Of a stretch of 64,000 nt of DNA, positions 1 to 8,456 are shown in pieces (position 1 is the first letter of the stretch; each line of letters starts with the position of its first letter). Source of the stretch: an uncultured Acidobacteriota bacterium (GTDB taxonomy: Bacteria; Acidobacteriota; Vicinamibacteria; Vicinamibacterales; CAVVIG01). Under the pieces are notes generated by a model. The model ran no database searches. It had not been told where the DNA came from and saw nothing but the letters and a program-made list of their open reading frames with translations. The translations under genes and the position numbers were made by a program. Where the stretch lies: contig CAVWSQ010000001.1 in the NCBI GenBank assembly GCA_963757655.1, forward strand, positions 742,897 to 806,896, in the 5' to 3' direction.

Positions 1-190
1 CGGTGCCGGCTCCGAAGCGAGCCTTCGAGCTCGCATTGCCAGACGACTTGGCACGCCGTACCGCTGAGGCGGCTGCATTCTATCAAGTCCGGGAATTTGT
101 TCCCTCCTATTTCCGCCGCCGGCAGCTCGGTCACAGGTTCGCCCGCCGGCCGCACGGCCAAACCGCGATGCGCCGCGCCGGCGGCCCGCT

Positions 191-226
191 CGCGCTCTCT
201 CTCTCTCTCGCGCGCGCGCGCGCGCG
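191..226. repeat. Compound dinucleotide microsatellite (CG)2(CT)7(CG)9
   Basis: Read directly: cgcg ctctctctctctct cgcgcgcgcgcgcgcgcg at 191-226, about 55 nt upstream of the candidate zinc-ribbon ORF. Confidence 0.95.
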
Positions 227-279
227 GCGGCAGGCAGCGACTCACCGAGCCTGCTCGGAAAATCTGCTATGTTCAGGTC

Positions 280-531
280 GTGTCAGGCACCTTGTCGTGC
301 CCGAGCTGTGGAAGGTCGGCGCTCCACTACTCGCGCCCCCGGTCGTGGATCGAGCGGGCGCGACGCCGGGTTACCGGGCGCGCGCCAGTTCGCTGCCACG
401 CCTGCCAATGGCGAGGCTGGCGCAAACCGTCCGCTCGCTGGGCCGCCGCGCCGCGCGAAGTTCGGCGCGCACTGACTGAATCAGAGATCGCGGCGCTCGA
501 GCCAGACGACGCCGAAGGAGACCGGACGTGA
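280..531 (+). CDS. Small zinc-ribbon protein (CPxCG ... RCxxCxWRGW), hypothetical
   Basis: In the frame of ORF 97..531. GTG at 280 (TTG at 292 is an alternative). SCPSCGRSALHYSRPRSWIERARRRVTGRAPVRCHACQWRGW matches the common bacterial N-terminal zinc-ribbon pattern CPxCG..SRRR..ER..RCxxCxxRFW. Start uncertain. Confidence 0.45.
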   Translation: MSGTLSCPSCGRSALHYSRPRSWIERARRRVTGRAPVRCHACQWRGWRKPSARWAAAPREVRRALTESEIAALEPDDAEGDRT

Positions 532-692
532 CGGACCAGGAACGCCAGAAGGCCGAAGAACTGATCAGCCGCCTCGAACTGTCGGTCGGCCAGATTTTTC
601 CCAGGGACAGCAGCAATGCCGCGCTGCTTGCGACGATGATCCAGACGCTGAACGGGCTGCGAAGCTTGCTCGGACTGGTGAGAGCTCACTAG
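528..692 (+). CDS. Hypothetical small helical protein (54 aa), not in ORF track
   Basis: GTG 528-530 overlaps the upstream TGA (GTGA). GGAG lies 8 nt upstream. Translation VTDQERQKAEELISRLELSVGQIFPRDSSNAALLATMIQTLNGLRSLLGLVRAH, stop TAG 690-692. GC-rich third positions. Confidence 0.3.
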   Translation: MTDQERQKAEELISRLELSVGQIFPRDSSNAALLATMIQTLNGLRSLLGLVRAH

Positions 693-757
693 GTCGATTT
701 CACCTGGTCGTTGGAGGCTTCGCGCGGCGGTGAAGTCCACTCGCAGTCGCCGGGAGC

Positions 758-795
758 GCAAAGAAAAGGCCGTGACTCCTCGCGGAGCCACGGCC
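758..795 (-). terminator. Intrinsic terminator downstream of the EEP-domain gene
   Basis: Hairpin ggccgtgactcc-tcgc-ggagccacggcc (768-795, 11 bp with one mismatch). On the minus strand it is followed by UUUUCUUUGC (758-767). Lies 35 nt after the stop at 830. Confidence 0.65.
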
Positions 796-829
796 GATGG
801 CAAGCAGCCGGCGGTCGAACGACGAAACG

Positions 830-2650
830 CTACCTCACCTCGAACACCGCGAGCATCGGCTGATGGTCCGATGGCGTCACGCCGTTGGCGTCGGCCGTCG
901 CGTAAATCTGTTCGCTGACCAGCGTGAGGTTGCTCGTGCCCTTCGACTGGAAAATGTAGTCGAGGCGGTGTGTTCCGTGCGTGATGCCGTTACCGATCGC
1001 CGTGCCCAGCGCCTGGGCGGCAGGCCAGGTGTCGATGTAGGTCGCCTTCATCGTCGTGATTTCGGCCGCGGCTGGCCAGGCATTGAAGTCGCCGGCGACG
1101 ATGCGATTCTCTGCGATCCCGGCTGCCCAGGGGAGCAGCTCGGCGATTTCCTTGAGGCGGTTGGGCGCAGACTCACTGTCGAGGTGAACCGACGTGAAGT
1201 TGAGCGCGCGGCCATTGACGTCGACGGTGGCGTCGACCGCCGCCCGACCGTCGCTCAGCTGGTAGGTGGCAGTCGCGATGAAGGGAATCTTCGACAGCAC
1301 CAGGTTCCCAATGCCGGTCGTGGCGCCGTGAGCGTTGACGAAGATCGCGTACCAGGTGAGGCCGGTTCTCTGCTGCAGCAAATTCTGGTAAACAACAGAC
1401 TGATCCAGGTTCTTGCTCCAGCTGTCCTTGACCTCGATTTCGTTCAACGAGACGAGGTCGGCATTGCTGTTGACGATCCAGTCGGCAATGCGATCGGGAC
1501 TGTAGACGCCGTCGCTGCCCCATCCGCCGTGGTGCGTGTTGTACTGCAGCACCCGTAGTGTTACCGCGGTGCCGGGCGCCGGCGGAACCACCACCGGCGG
1601 AGGCGCCACCGGCGGCGTGACGACCGGCGGTGTCGCGTCGGTGCAGGAGCTGCCGCATCCGCCCTGTGTCACGGTGTAGACCACGCCGTTCACATACAGG
1701 TGACCGGTCCGCTTCGACGCGGAGGCGGTATTGGTCACGGCCCGCACCTTCGCGTAGCCGCTGGCGATTGCGGGCGCGGGTGACGTGCTCTTGACGACCA
1801 GCCAGTCGGCATCGCCGGTCACGGTCCAGGCGCAGCCGGCCGCAGCCGTCACGTTGACGCTCCAGTTCGCTTCGGTCTGGCCGACCGAGAGGCTGGCTTT
1901 GTCCAGCACAACCGGGCAAGTCGCGGCCGCAACCACCCCGGCCGGACTCGGCGCAGGCGCCGGCGTTGAGCCAGTGCTGGTCGTCGTCCCGCCGTAGACG
2001 ATGCGCAACACCGGCCGCACGGACGGATCGATCGCCTTCGACGAGAAATATTCACGGTACGAGTTGCTGGTGGAGACGCCGAGGTCGGCCAGTGCGACTC
2101 GGGTATAGCGCGACGAGTTTGCGCCGCTCACGGCTGCACGCACCAGCGCGGTCACGTCGAAGTTGACCTTGGCACCGACCACGTTGGGCACGTCCTGAAC
2201 CAGCGCCGCCGGGCCGAGATCGCCGCCGGCAGAAATCCATGCGCCGTCAGAACGACGACGGGTCCAGGTCGCCTCTTCCTGCACCCACGATGTGGTGACA
2301 GGGAACACGGTGATGGCGCGGCTGCGGTCGGCGCCGGCATATTTGACGGTGAGCGTCATGATGGCCGACTGGATCGTCGAGCTCGCCGGCATGGTGTTCT
2401 GGGTATCGAACTTCACCAGAGCACGGCGCAGGTAGTCGAAGTTCGTGCTCGCGCGTGTCGCGATCATGTCGGAGTCGTTGAAGTTGGTGTGGGCGGACGC
2501 CCCCGCCTGAATCATGACGTCGGTGACCTGTGTGCCCGGCGCGTCCAGGAGCAGGGTGGTTTGCGCCTGCGCTCCGCCGATCGAGGTGCCCATCGCCAGG
2601 GTCGCCATGAGGAAGGTGCGAACAGATCGTCTTGAGAAAAAAATCGACAT
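830..2650 (-). CDS. Secreted multidomain endonuclease/exonuclease/phosphatase (EEP) family protein with DNRLRE-like and BACON/Ig-like domains
   Basis: Start taken at MSIFFSRRSVRTFLMATLAMGTSIGGAQA (signal peptide, GGGAGCAGG SD upstream). The N-terminal region (ALVKFD...TSWVQEEATWTRR) looks DNRLRE-like. Middle segment CAWTVTGDADWLVV...YTVTQ, then a Pro-rich linker. C-terminal LRVLQYNTHHG...SDHQPMLAVFEVR is EEP-like. Confidence 0.85.
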   Translation of the reverse strand: MSIFFSRRSVRTFLMATLAMGTSIGGAQAQTTLLLDAPGTQVTDVMIQAGASAHTNFNDSDMIATRASTNFDYLRRALVKFDTQNTMPASSTIQSAIMTLTVKYAGADRSRAITVFPVTTSWVQEEATWTRRRSDGAWISAGGDLGPAALVQDVPNVVGAKVNFDVTALVRAAVSGANSSRYTRVALADLGVSTSNSYREYFSSKAIDPSVRPVLRIVYGGTTTSTGSTPAPAPSPAGVVAAATCPVVLDKASLSVGQTEANWSVNVTAAAGCAWTVTGDADWLVVKSTSPAPAIASGYAKVRAVTNTASASKRTGHLYVNGVVYTVTQGGCGSSCTDATPPVVTPPVAPPPVVVPPAPGTAVTLRVLQYNTHHGGWGSDGVYSPDRIADWIVNSNADLVSLNEIEVKDSWSKNLDQSVVYQNLLQQRTGLTWYAIFVNAHGATTGIGNLVLSKIPFIATATYQLSDGRAAVDATVDVNGRALNFTSVHLDSESAPNRLKEIAELLPWAAGIAENRIVAGDFNAWPAAAEITTMKATYIDTWPAAQALGTAIGNGITHGTHRLDYIFQSKGTSNLTLVSEQIYATADANGVTPSDHQPMLAVFEVR

Positions 2651-2979
2651 TTCAATCCTGCTCCCGCCTGCTTCCGGACACACCTCTGGCGCATCGCGAG
2701 AAGCCGCGCTAAAAACCACGGAGTCGTGTTTGGAAAACGGTGCGCTCGGCGGACCGTCGGAGACGCCGCTCGGTCAGCGGCGTTGCATGTCTGATGGCAA
2801 CGCCTGTGCCGATCCATAAGAATGGGGTCGGGAAATCAAGAAATGGGTTTTTTCTCGATAACGCAGTCGTTGCTGCAGATGAGGTGAGGGACCCTTGAGG
2901 CCATGGGAGTCGGAGGCGTTACGCTCCTGCCGGGCCCGTTACAAAAACGAGAGCAGCTCGACCTCTGTCGAGGGAAACC

Positions 2980-4167
2980 TCACTCGGAAGCTGGAACTGC
3001 CTGTTCGCCGACACGAAACCCGACAGTCAATACCGAGACCAGCAGCAGCACAGCGGCAGCTGAGATATACGGCGTCGATTCACCGTAGCGTTGGAGGGAG
3101 GCGTTGCCCCAGACCGGGCCCAACGTACGGCCGAGGCTCTCGACCGCGCTCGCTGCGCCCTGCACCCGTCCCTGCTCCTCACCGCGCGCCACCAGACTGA
3201 CCAGACTCGACACCGTCGGATGCCCGAAGCCGATGCCGAGCGCCAGCGGCACGAGCGCCAGCGCGAACAACGTGACGGTATGCGCCATCGCCGCGGCGAC
3301 GAGACCGACTGCACCGAATCCCAATCCCATCCTAAACGTCGGCTTGTCGCCGAGCCTGCGCACCACGTGTCGAATGAACCCGCCCTGGATCACGGCGCCG
3401 AGCAGGCCGAACGCCGCGAAGAAGTAGCCGGTCTGCGACACCCCGAATCCAAAGCGACGCGCCACGAACAGCGAAAAGGTGGTCTGGAACGTCGCGAAGG
3501 CGAGCCAGTAGAAGAAGTCGATGGCGAGAATTCTGCGGATCGGCGCGCGCTGCAGCAGATCGGGCAGGTAGCCGAACGGATTGCCGGTGCCGGCCCGCGC
3601 GCGATGCACCGTTTCCGGCAGCCACAGCCACGCCATCACCGCAGCCACGAGCGTCAGACCGGCGGCCGCCCAGATCGGCGCGGTATAGCTGATTCCCGAG
3701 AGAACGCCGCTGAGAGCCGGGCCGAGGATGAACCCGAGGCCAAACGCCGCACCGATGATGCCGTAGGCGCGCGCACGATCTTTCGGCTCGGTGATGTCCG
3801 CGACGTAGGCGCGCGCCGTCGAGATGTTGCCACCCGACAGGCCGTCGACGATGCGCGCGGCGAAGAGCATGACCACGGTGTGCGCGACCGCCAGCATGAC
3901 GAAGCTGACGACGGTACCCGCCAGGCTGAAGATCAGGATGGGACGGCGGCCCACGCGGTCCGACAGATCGCCCAGCGCCGGCGCCGCCACCAGCTGGCAG
4001 AGGGAGAACGCCGCGAACAACAGGCCGATGACGAGCGGCGAGGCGCCAAAGGTTTCCGCGTAGAACGGAAGCAGTGGGATGATGATCCCGAACCCTACGA
4101 GGTTGACGAAAATCGTCAGGAAAATGATCAGGAGCGGGCGCGTCACGAGTCTCGATATTCTATACAA
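2980..4167 (-). CDS. MFS transporter (TCR/Tet-like drug:H+ antiporter type)
   Basis: 12-TM-like hydrophobic profile. Motifs IIIPLLPFYAETFGASP and GDLSDRVGRRPIL (MFS motif A). TTG start at 4167 or GTG at 4146. Confidence 0.85.
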   Translation of the reverse strand: MYRISRLVTRPLLIIFLTIFVNLVGFGIIIPLLPFYAETFGASPLVIGLLFAAFSLCQLVAAPALGDLSDRVGRRPILIFSLAGTVVSFVMLAVAHTVVMLFAARIVDGLSGGNISTARAYVADITEPKDRARAYGIIGAAFGLGFILGPALSGVLSGISYTAPIWAAAGLTLVAAVMAWLWLPETVHRARAGTGNPFGYLPDLLQRAPIRRILAIDFFYWLAFATFQTTFSLFVARRFGFGVSQTGYFFAAFGLLGAVIQGGFIRHVVRRLGDKPTFRMGLGFGAVGLVAAAMAHTVTLFALALVPLALGIGFGHPTVSSLVSLVARGEEQGRVQGAASAVESLGRTLGPVWGNASLQRYGESTPYISAAAVLLLVSVLTVGFRVGEQAVPASE

Positions 4168-4233
4168 TCTCCCGGCATCGTCAGATCGCAGGGATGTTTC
4201 TCCGCGCTTGCTGCGATTTCGGCGATTTCTTCT

Positions 4234-6687
4234 CTACAGATGTGATGCGAGCGGATCGTGCATCCGCTTGCCATGCTCCAGTGATGTCAGCACGATGTCG
4301 GCGGTCACCGGTGCCTTCCTGAAGATCTCCTCGCCCACCGCATCCGCGATTGCGTTCAGCACCGAACCATAGCCGGCGCCGACCGGAGGCTCGCCGACGC
4401 CGCGTGCGCCGACCGGCGTCTCCGGGTCGGCCATGCCCAACGCGACGGTGTGCATCTGGGCGGGAATGTCGAGAATGGTCAGCGGCTTGTTGTGATGGAA
4501 GCGCTTGGCGAGCGGCACGCCGTAGTGCGGGTCGTACACCCATTTCTGCTGCAGTGCGTGTCCGACGCCGAGGTTGATGCCGCCGAGCAGCTGACCGTGA
4601 AGGCTGCGCGGGTTGACGACGGTGCCGACATCGCCGACGGCGAGGAAATCGATCAGCCGTGTCTTGCCGGTCTCGAGATCGACTTCGACCTCCGCAAAGC
4701 CGGCCACGAACGAGTAGGTGTCGCCGTCATGCGGATAGCTGTCCTTCGCCACGCCCATCAGCCCCAGACCGGCGAGCGCGGCCGCCGACTTCCTGGTCAT
4801 CGCGTGGATGTCGGGCGGCAGCTCGTGACCGTCGAACTTCCCGCCCAGCGCGATTGCGCGGCCGGCGGCTTGCGCATAGGTCAGGCCGCGCGACGGGTTG
4901 TCGCGGCGGTGGACGCGCTCGTTCCCCAGCACGTAGTCGCCTGGGGCGCCGCCCAGATCGCGCGCCGCCAGCTCCTGAAGCTTCGAGCGCGCGTCGACCG
5001 CGCCGGCCAGATTGGCCCGCGTCATCGCGTGCGTCGTCTGGCTGCCCACCGACATCGCCGACCACGGAATGTTCTTCGCGGTGCTGCCCCAGTTGACGAC
5101 CACCTTGTCCCAGGGCATGGCCAGCGCGTCGGCCGCGACGCGAGCGAGGTCGATGCAGGAATGTGTGCCGAGGTTGCCCACGCCGGACTGGACGTAGAGC
5201 TTGCCGTCGGGCCGCAGCGTCATCAGGCTGTCGTATCCAATCGACCCCGAGCCATGCGGCCCCACCGCCACACCGACGCCGCGGACCTTCGTTCCCTGGC
5301 GCTGTCCGGAGCGCGCCTTGCGTTCGTCCCACTTGAAGAGCTCGGCGCCGCGGTCGAGCGCCTGCTTGACGAACGCGCTGGTGATGTGTCCGCGCTGCCC
5401 GTTTGGCCGCACCGGACCGTAGAGCGCCTTTCCTTCGGGCGAATTGATCCGGCGGATCGCCACCTGATCCAGGCCGAGCCTCTTGGCGGCCTTGGTGACG
5501 ACCGGTTCCATGATCGCGTTCGCCTGCATCGGCCCCGGCGAACGCTGCTGCGATCGCGGCGGCGTATTGGTCAGCACCGCGAGGCCGCGCCAACGCATCG
5601 CGAGCGGCTGCCAGATGAGCGAGGCGGCGAGCGCCGCTGACCGGTAGTCGCCCATCGGCCCGTACGATCCGTTGTCCTCGACGATGAAGAGATCGAGCGC
5701 GATGATGCGGCCGTCGGCGCGGAAGCCCGCTTTCGCCCGTCCGACCATCCCGGTGCGCGCCCGGCCGATATAGTGCTCCTCTTCGCGGCTGACGCGCATC
5801 ATCACCGGCGCCCCGGCCTTCTTCGACAGCAGCGCCGGGATCACCATCGAAACCGCGCCGGCGCCTTTGCTGCCAAAACCGCCGCCGCAATACTCGCTGA
5901 TGAGCACGATGTTCGACGCGTCCATCCCGAGCCAGCTTGCGAGCGGATCGAGGGTCCGGGCGACGCTCTGGGTCGAGCCATGCAGAAACAGCTTGCCGTT
6001 CTGCCAGTACGCCATGGCGCTCCGCGACTCCATCGGCTGATGTCCGGTGGACTGGACGACGAAGGTCTCATCGATGACGACGGCGGCGCTCTTGAAACCG
6101 GCGTCCAGATCGCCGTAGGCCCATTGGTCCGGCGCCTGTCCCATCGGCAGACCGCCTTCGGGAGCGCTCGCGAAATCCTGCGCCGTCCATTTCAAGACCT
6201 GCACTCTCGGCCGTGCCGGCGGCGCCGCGCCGGCCGCTGGTGCGGGCGGTGGTGTGATCCAGACGTTGCCGTCGAGGCGGGCGTTGGCGCTGCCCGGCTT
6301 CAGACTCTCGACCGGATCGGTCACGAACGGGAGCGGCTCAAGATCGACGTCGATGCGCTCGATCGCCTCCGCGGCAGTAAGTTCGTCAACCGCCGCCAGC
6401 GCGAGAATCGGTTCGCCCTGGTAGAGCGGCTCGTTTGTCAACGCCCGCTCGGCGCCGTGCAAATCGGGCAGGTCGTCGGCCGTGAGGATCGCCTTGACGC
6501 CCGGCATGGCGAGCGCCGCACGGGTGTCGATGCGCCGCACGCGCGCGTGCGGCATCGGGCTGAGCAACAGCTTGGTGAACAGCATGCCGTCGACACGATA
6601 GTCCTCGGCGTATTTCGCGCGGCCGGTGACTTTGGCGACGAGATCGGGCGGCGTGTAGTTCTGGCCGACGAGTGATTGATCAGACAT
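4234..6687 (-). CDS. Xanthine dehydrogenase/aldehyde oxidase family molybdopterin-binding subunit (orphan, no adjacent Fe-S/FAD subunits)
   Basis: Start at MSDQSLVGQNYTPPDLVAKVTGRAKYAEDY (ATG 6687). Contains GGGFGSKG and the typical a/b-hammerhead and Mo-binding domain sequence. The ORF-track N-terminal 30 aa are discounted. Confidence 0.9.
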   Translation of the reverse strand: MSDQSLVGQNYTPPDLVAKVTGRAKYAEDYRVDGMLFTKLLLSPMPHARVRRIDTRAALAMPGVKAILTADDLPDLHGAERALTNEPLYQGEPILALAAVDELTAAEAIERIDVDLEPLPFVTDPVESLKPGSANARLDGNVWITPPPAPAAGAAPPARPRVQVLKWTAQDFASAPEGGLPMGQAPDQWAYGDLDAGFKSAAVVIDETFVVQSTGHQPMESRSAMAYWQNGKLFLHGSTQSVARTLDPLASWLGMDASNIVLISEYCGGGFGSKGAGAVSMVIPALLSKKAGAPVMMRVSREEEHYIGRARTGMVGRAKAGFRADGRIIALDLFIVEDNGSYGPMGDYRSAALAASLIWQPLAMRWRGLAVLTNTPPRSQQRSPGPMQANAIMEPVVTKAAKRLGLDQVAIRRINSPEGKALYGPVRPNGQRGHITSAFVKQALDRGAELFKWDERKARSGQRQGTKVRGVGVAVGPHGSGSIGYDSLMTLRPDGKLYVQSGVGNLGTHSCIDLARVAADALAMPWDKVVVNWGSTAKNIPWSAMSVGSQTTHAMTRANLAGAVDARSKLQELAARDLGGAPGDYVLGNERVHRRDNPSRGLTYAQAAGRAIALGGKFDGHELPPDIHAMTRKSAAALAGLGLMGVAKDSYPHDGDTYSFVAGFAEVEVDLETGKTRLIDFLAVGDVGTVVNPRSLHGQLLGGINLGVGHALQQKWVYDPHYGVPLAKRFHHNKPLTILDIPAQMHTVALGMADPETPVGARGVGEPPVGAGYGSVLNAIADAVGEEIFRKAPVTADIVLTSLEHGKRMHDPLASHL

Positions 6688-6838
6688 GGTCACCTTTCTT
6701 CGCGGCGGTCTTTTCAGCCATCGTCTCTTCGTCGCGCGCCCGGCTGGGGATGTCGCGCGGGCCGTTGTTGGCCTCACGACTGGCGAATTCGTGAATCGGC
6801 CCCGCGGTCAAGGCGGTGACGCGCATCCGGTGAGGCAT
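6680..6838 (-). CDS. Hypothetical 52-aa protein translationally coupled to the Mo subunit
   Basis: ATG 6838 preceded by GAGGAG-N6. Its stop TGA (6680-6682) overlaps the Mo-subunit start (ATGTCTGA). Sequence MPHRMRVTALTAGPIHEFASREANNGPRDIPSRARDEETMAEKTAAKKGDHV has no Cys, so it is not a ferredoxin subunit. Confidence 0.35.
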   Translation of the reverse strand: MPHRMRVTALTAGPIHEFASREANNGPRDIPSRARDEETMAEKTAAKKGDHV

Positions 6839-6935
6839 GCAATACTCCTCGCGCTCGCGTCTGACCACCGGCCACGCAGACGGTTTCCCGCGTGGTCACG
6901 GCGCACGACGATCGCGGCTCACGATCGAGGTGATT

Positions 6936-7094
6936 ATGGCGCAACCCCGGATGCTACTGTTCCTATTTGTGGCGGTGCTGGCAATGCCGAGTCGGGTTGC
7001 TCCGCAACTGGGTCCGGCGGCTCAGCCAGTGCCGGTGCTCGACAACGTGTGTCACCACGCCTTTGCGCGCGAGGCCCCCGCGATCAAACCCTGA
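6936..7094 (+). CDS. Hypothetical small secreted protein (52 aa)
   Basis: ATG 6936 preceded by GAGGTGATT. MAQPRMLLFLFVAVLAMPSRVAP looks like a signal peptide. Internal start of ORF 6837..7094. Confidence 0.35.
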   Translation: MAQPRMLLFLFVAVLAMPSRVAPQLGPAAQPVPVLDNVCHHAFAREAPAIKP

Positions 7095-7109
7095 TCGTTC
7101 CGCCCCCGT

Positions 7110-7541
7110 TTATTTCTTGGCGCGAGTCCGTTTGCGAGCTTCTTCCTCGACCGCCAGCACCACCTTCATGAACCCCTTCACATCGTCGGCGGAGACGTGC
7201 CGCGCGACGGCATCTTCGAGATCATTCAGGTGCCGGTGCACCCGTTTCGCCATCTGCATCCCCTTCGCTGTCGGCGTGACGACGAACGTGCGGCGATCCC
7301 GGACGCCGACTTCGCGGGTCACCAGACCGCGGGACACCAGCCGGTCCAGGATGCTCGTCAGCGTCGAGCGCTTGTGGGCGAGGCCACGATGGAGGTCGGC
7401 GATGGTCGCCGGCGCCGACGTCGCCAGCAGGGCCAGGATATGGCCCTCGCCCTGCGAGAGCCCATCCTCACGCAGATCGGCCAGGTAGAGTCCAATCCGA
7501 TGAGTGGCCCGGTGAATGGGAGGGACCAGGCGCAATGACAT
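7110..7541 (-). CDS. MarR family transcriptional regulator
   Basis: Winged-helix pattern: GLSQGEGHILALLATSAPATIADLHRGLAHKRSTLTSILDRLVSRGLVTREVGVRDRR. Confidence 0.85.
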   Translation of the reverse strand: MSLRLVPPIHRATHRIGLYLADLREDGLSQGEGHILALLATSAPATIADLHRGLAHKRSTLTSILDRLVSRGLVTREVGVRDRRTFVVTPTAKGMQMAKRVHRHLNDLEDAVARHVSADDVKGFMKVVLAVEEEARKRTRAKK

Positions 7542-7878
7542 GAGAGAAATCGTCCGCGCGAATGAGGTTCTTGTCCAGCAGGCGTGGATAGGCCCGCAGC
7601 AGGGCGCCGAGATCCACGTCCGGCATCACGGCCCGCGCCGCCGCGACCTGGAGCATCCAGAATACGGTGGTCGGCCCGGAGAACTTGTCCCCCTTGCCGA
7701 CTGACGCGGTGAAACGTCGAAGGGTGGTGGTCATCCGTTCGATGGCCTGATCGAGCGTGTTGGCCTCGTGCAGATAGACCCATGCGAGGCGCAGATGCGC
7801 GGCGTGCGGGAACCCATCCGCCGGCAACTCGCAACGCTCGAGCGCGCGGGTCAGCTCGACGTCGTCTCGGTTCAGCAT
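7468..7878 (-). CDS. Conserved hypothetical helical protein upstream of marR
   Basis: Internal ATG at 7878 (MLNRDDVELTRALERCELPADGFPHAAHLRLAWVYL...). The upstream part of ORF 7468..8187 is antisense to the yciI-like gene. The 3' end overlaps marR by 74 nt. Confidence 0.55.
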   Translation of the reverse strand: MLNRDDVELTRALERCELPADGFPHAAHLRLAWVYLHEANTLDQAIERMTTTLRRFTASVGKGDKFSGPTTVFWMLQVAAARAVMPDVDLGALLRAYPRLLDKNLIRADDFSHVIAPGPSHSPGHSSDWTLPGRSA

Positions 7879-7885
7879 TTTGCTA

Positions 7886-7908
7886 CGATATCGAACTATT
7901 CGATATCG
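7886..7908. promoter_or_regulatory. Perfect 10-bp inverted repeat, candidate MarR operator
   Basis: cgatatcgaa-cta-ttcgatatcg at 7886-7908. It lies 8 nt upstream of the 7878 start, in the divergent region shared with the YciI-like gene. Confidence 0.45.
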
Positions 7909-8029
7909 GTCAAACGAATGGTCATCTCTCGATTCTCGTATCCCAAGCCCATGCCCAAATCCCAGGTCCGACCCCGTGTCGATCGGCGCGATTCCCGTTC
8001 GACCATTGTCCAGAGAGGAGATCAGAACA

Positions 8030-8452
8030 ATGAGAGTCATGGTCGTGGTCAAGGCCAGCAAGGAATCGGAATCGGGCGCCCCGCCGGACGAAAAGATTCT
8101 TACCGCCATGGGGCGTTTCAACGAAGAGCTGGTGAAGGCCGGCGTGATGCTTGCGGGCGAGGGGCTCCACCCTTCCTCGAAGGGCAAGCGGGTCCGGTTT
8201 GCCGGAACTCAACGCACCGTGGTCGACGGCCCGTTCGCCGAAACGAAAGAGCTCATCGCCGGCTACTGGATGTGGAAGGTGAAGTCGATGGAGGAAGCCG
8301 TCGAATGGGTCAAGCGCTGCCCCAATCCGCATAACTCCGACAGCGAGATCGAAATCCGCCCGGTCTATGAGATGGAGGACTTCGGCGCCGAGCTCACCCC
8401 GGAGGCCCGCGAGCAGGAGGCGCGCCTCCGCCGTCAGATTGAGCAGAAGTAA
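8030..8452 (+). CDS. YciI family (DGPF-domain) protein
   Basis: ATG 8030 with AGAGGAG SD. MRVMVVVKASKESESGAPPDEKILTAMGRFNEELVKAGVMLAGEGL...VVDGPFAETKELIAGYW is typical YciI-like. Confidence 0.85.
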   Translation: MRVMVVVKASKESESGAPPDEKILTAMGRFNEELVKAGVMLAGEGLHPSSKGKRVRFAGTQRTVVDGPFAETKELIAGYWMWKVKSMEEAVEWVKRCPNPHNSDSEIEIRPVYEMEDFGAELTPEAREQEARLRRQIEQK

Positions 8453-8456
8453 GAGG

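Noticed and set aside
1-279. Partial gene at the left edge (plus-strand ORF 3..479 or a minus-strand ATG near 78)
   Set aside because: No recognisable motifs in any frame. The plus-strand ORFs run through the CT/CG microsatellite. Not enough sequence to support a call.
2941-2975. Intrinsic terminator after the MFS gene (ctcgac-ctct-gtcgag with a nearby A5/T5 run)
   Set aside because: The stem is only 6 bp and the U-tract is separated from it by 9 nt. Too weak to list as a feature.
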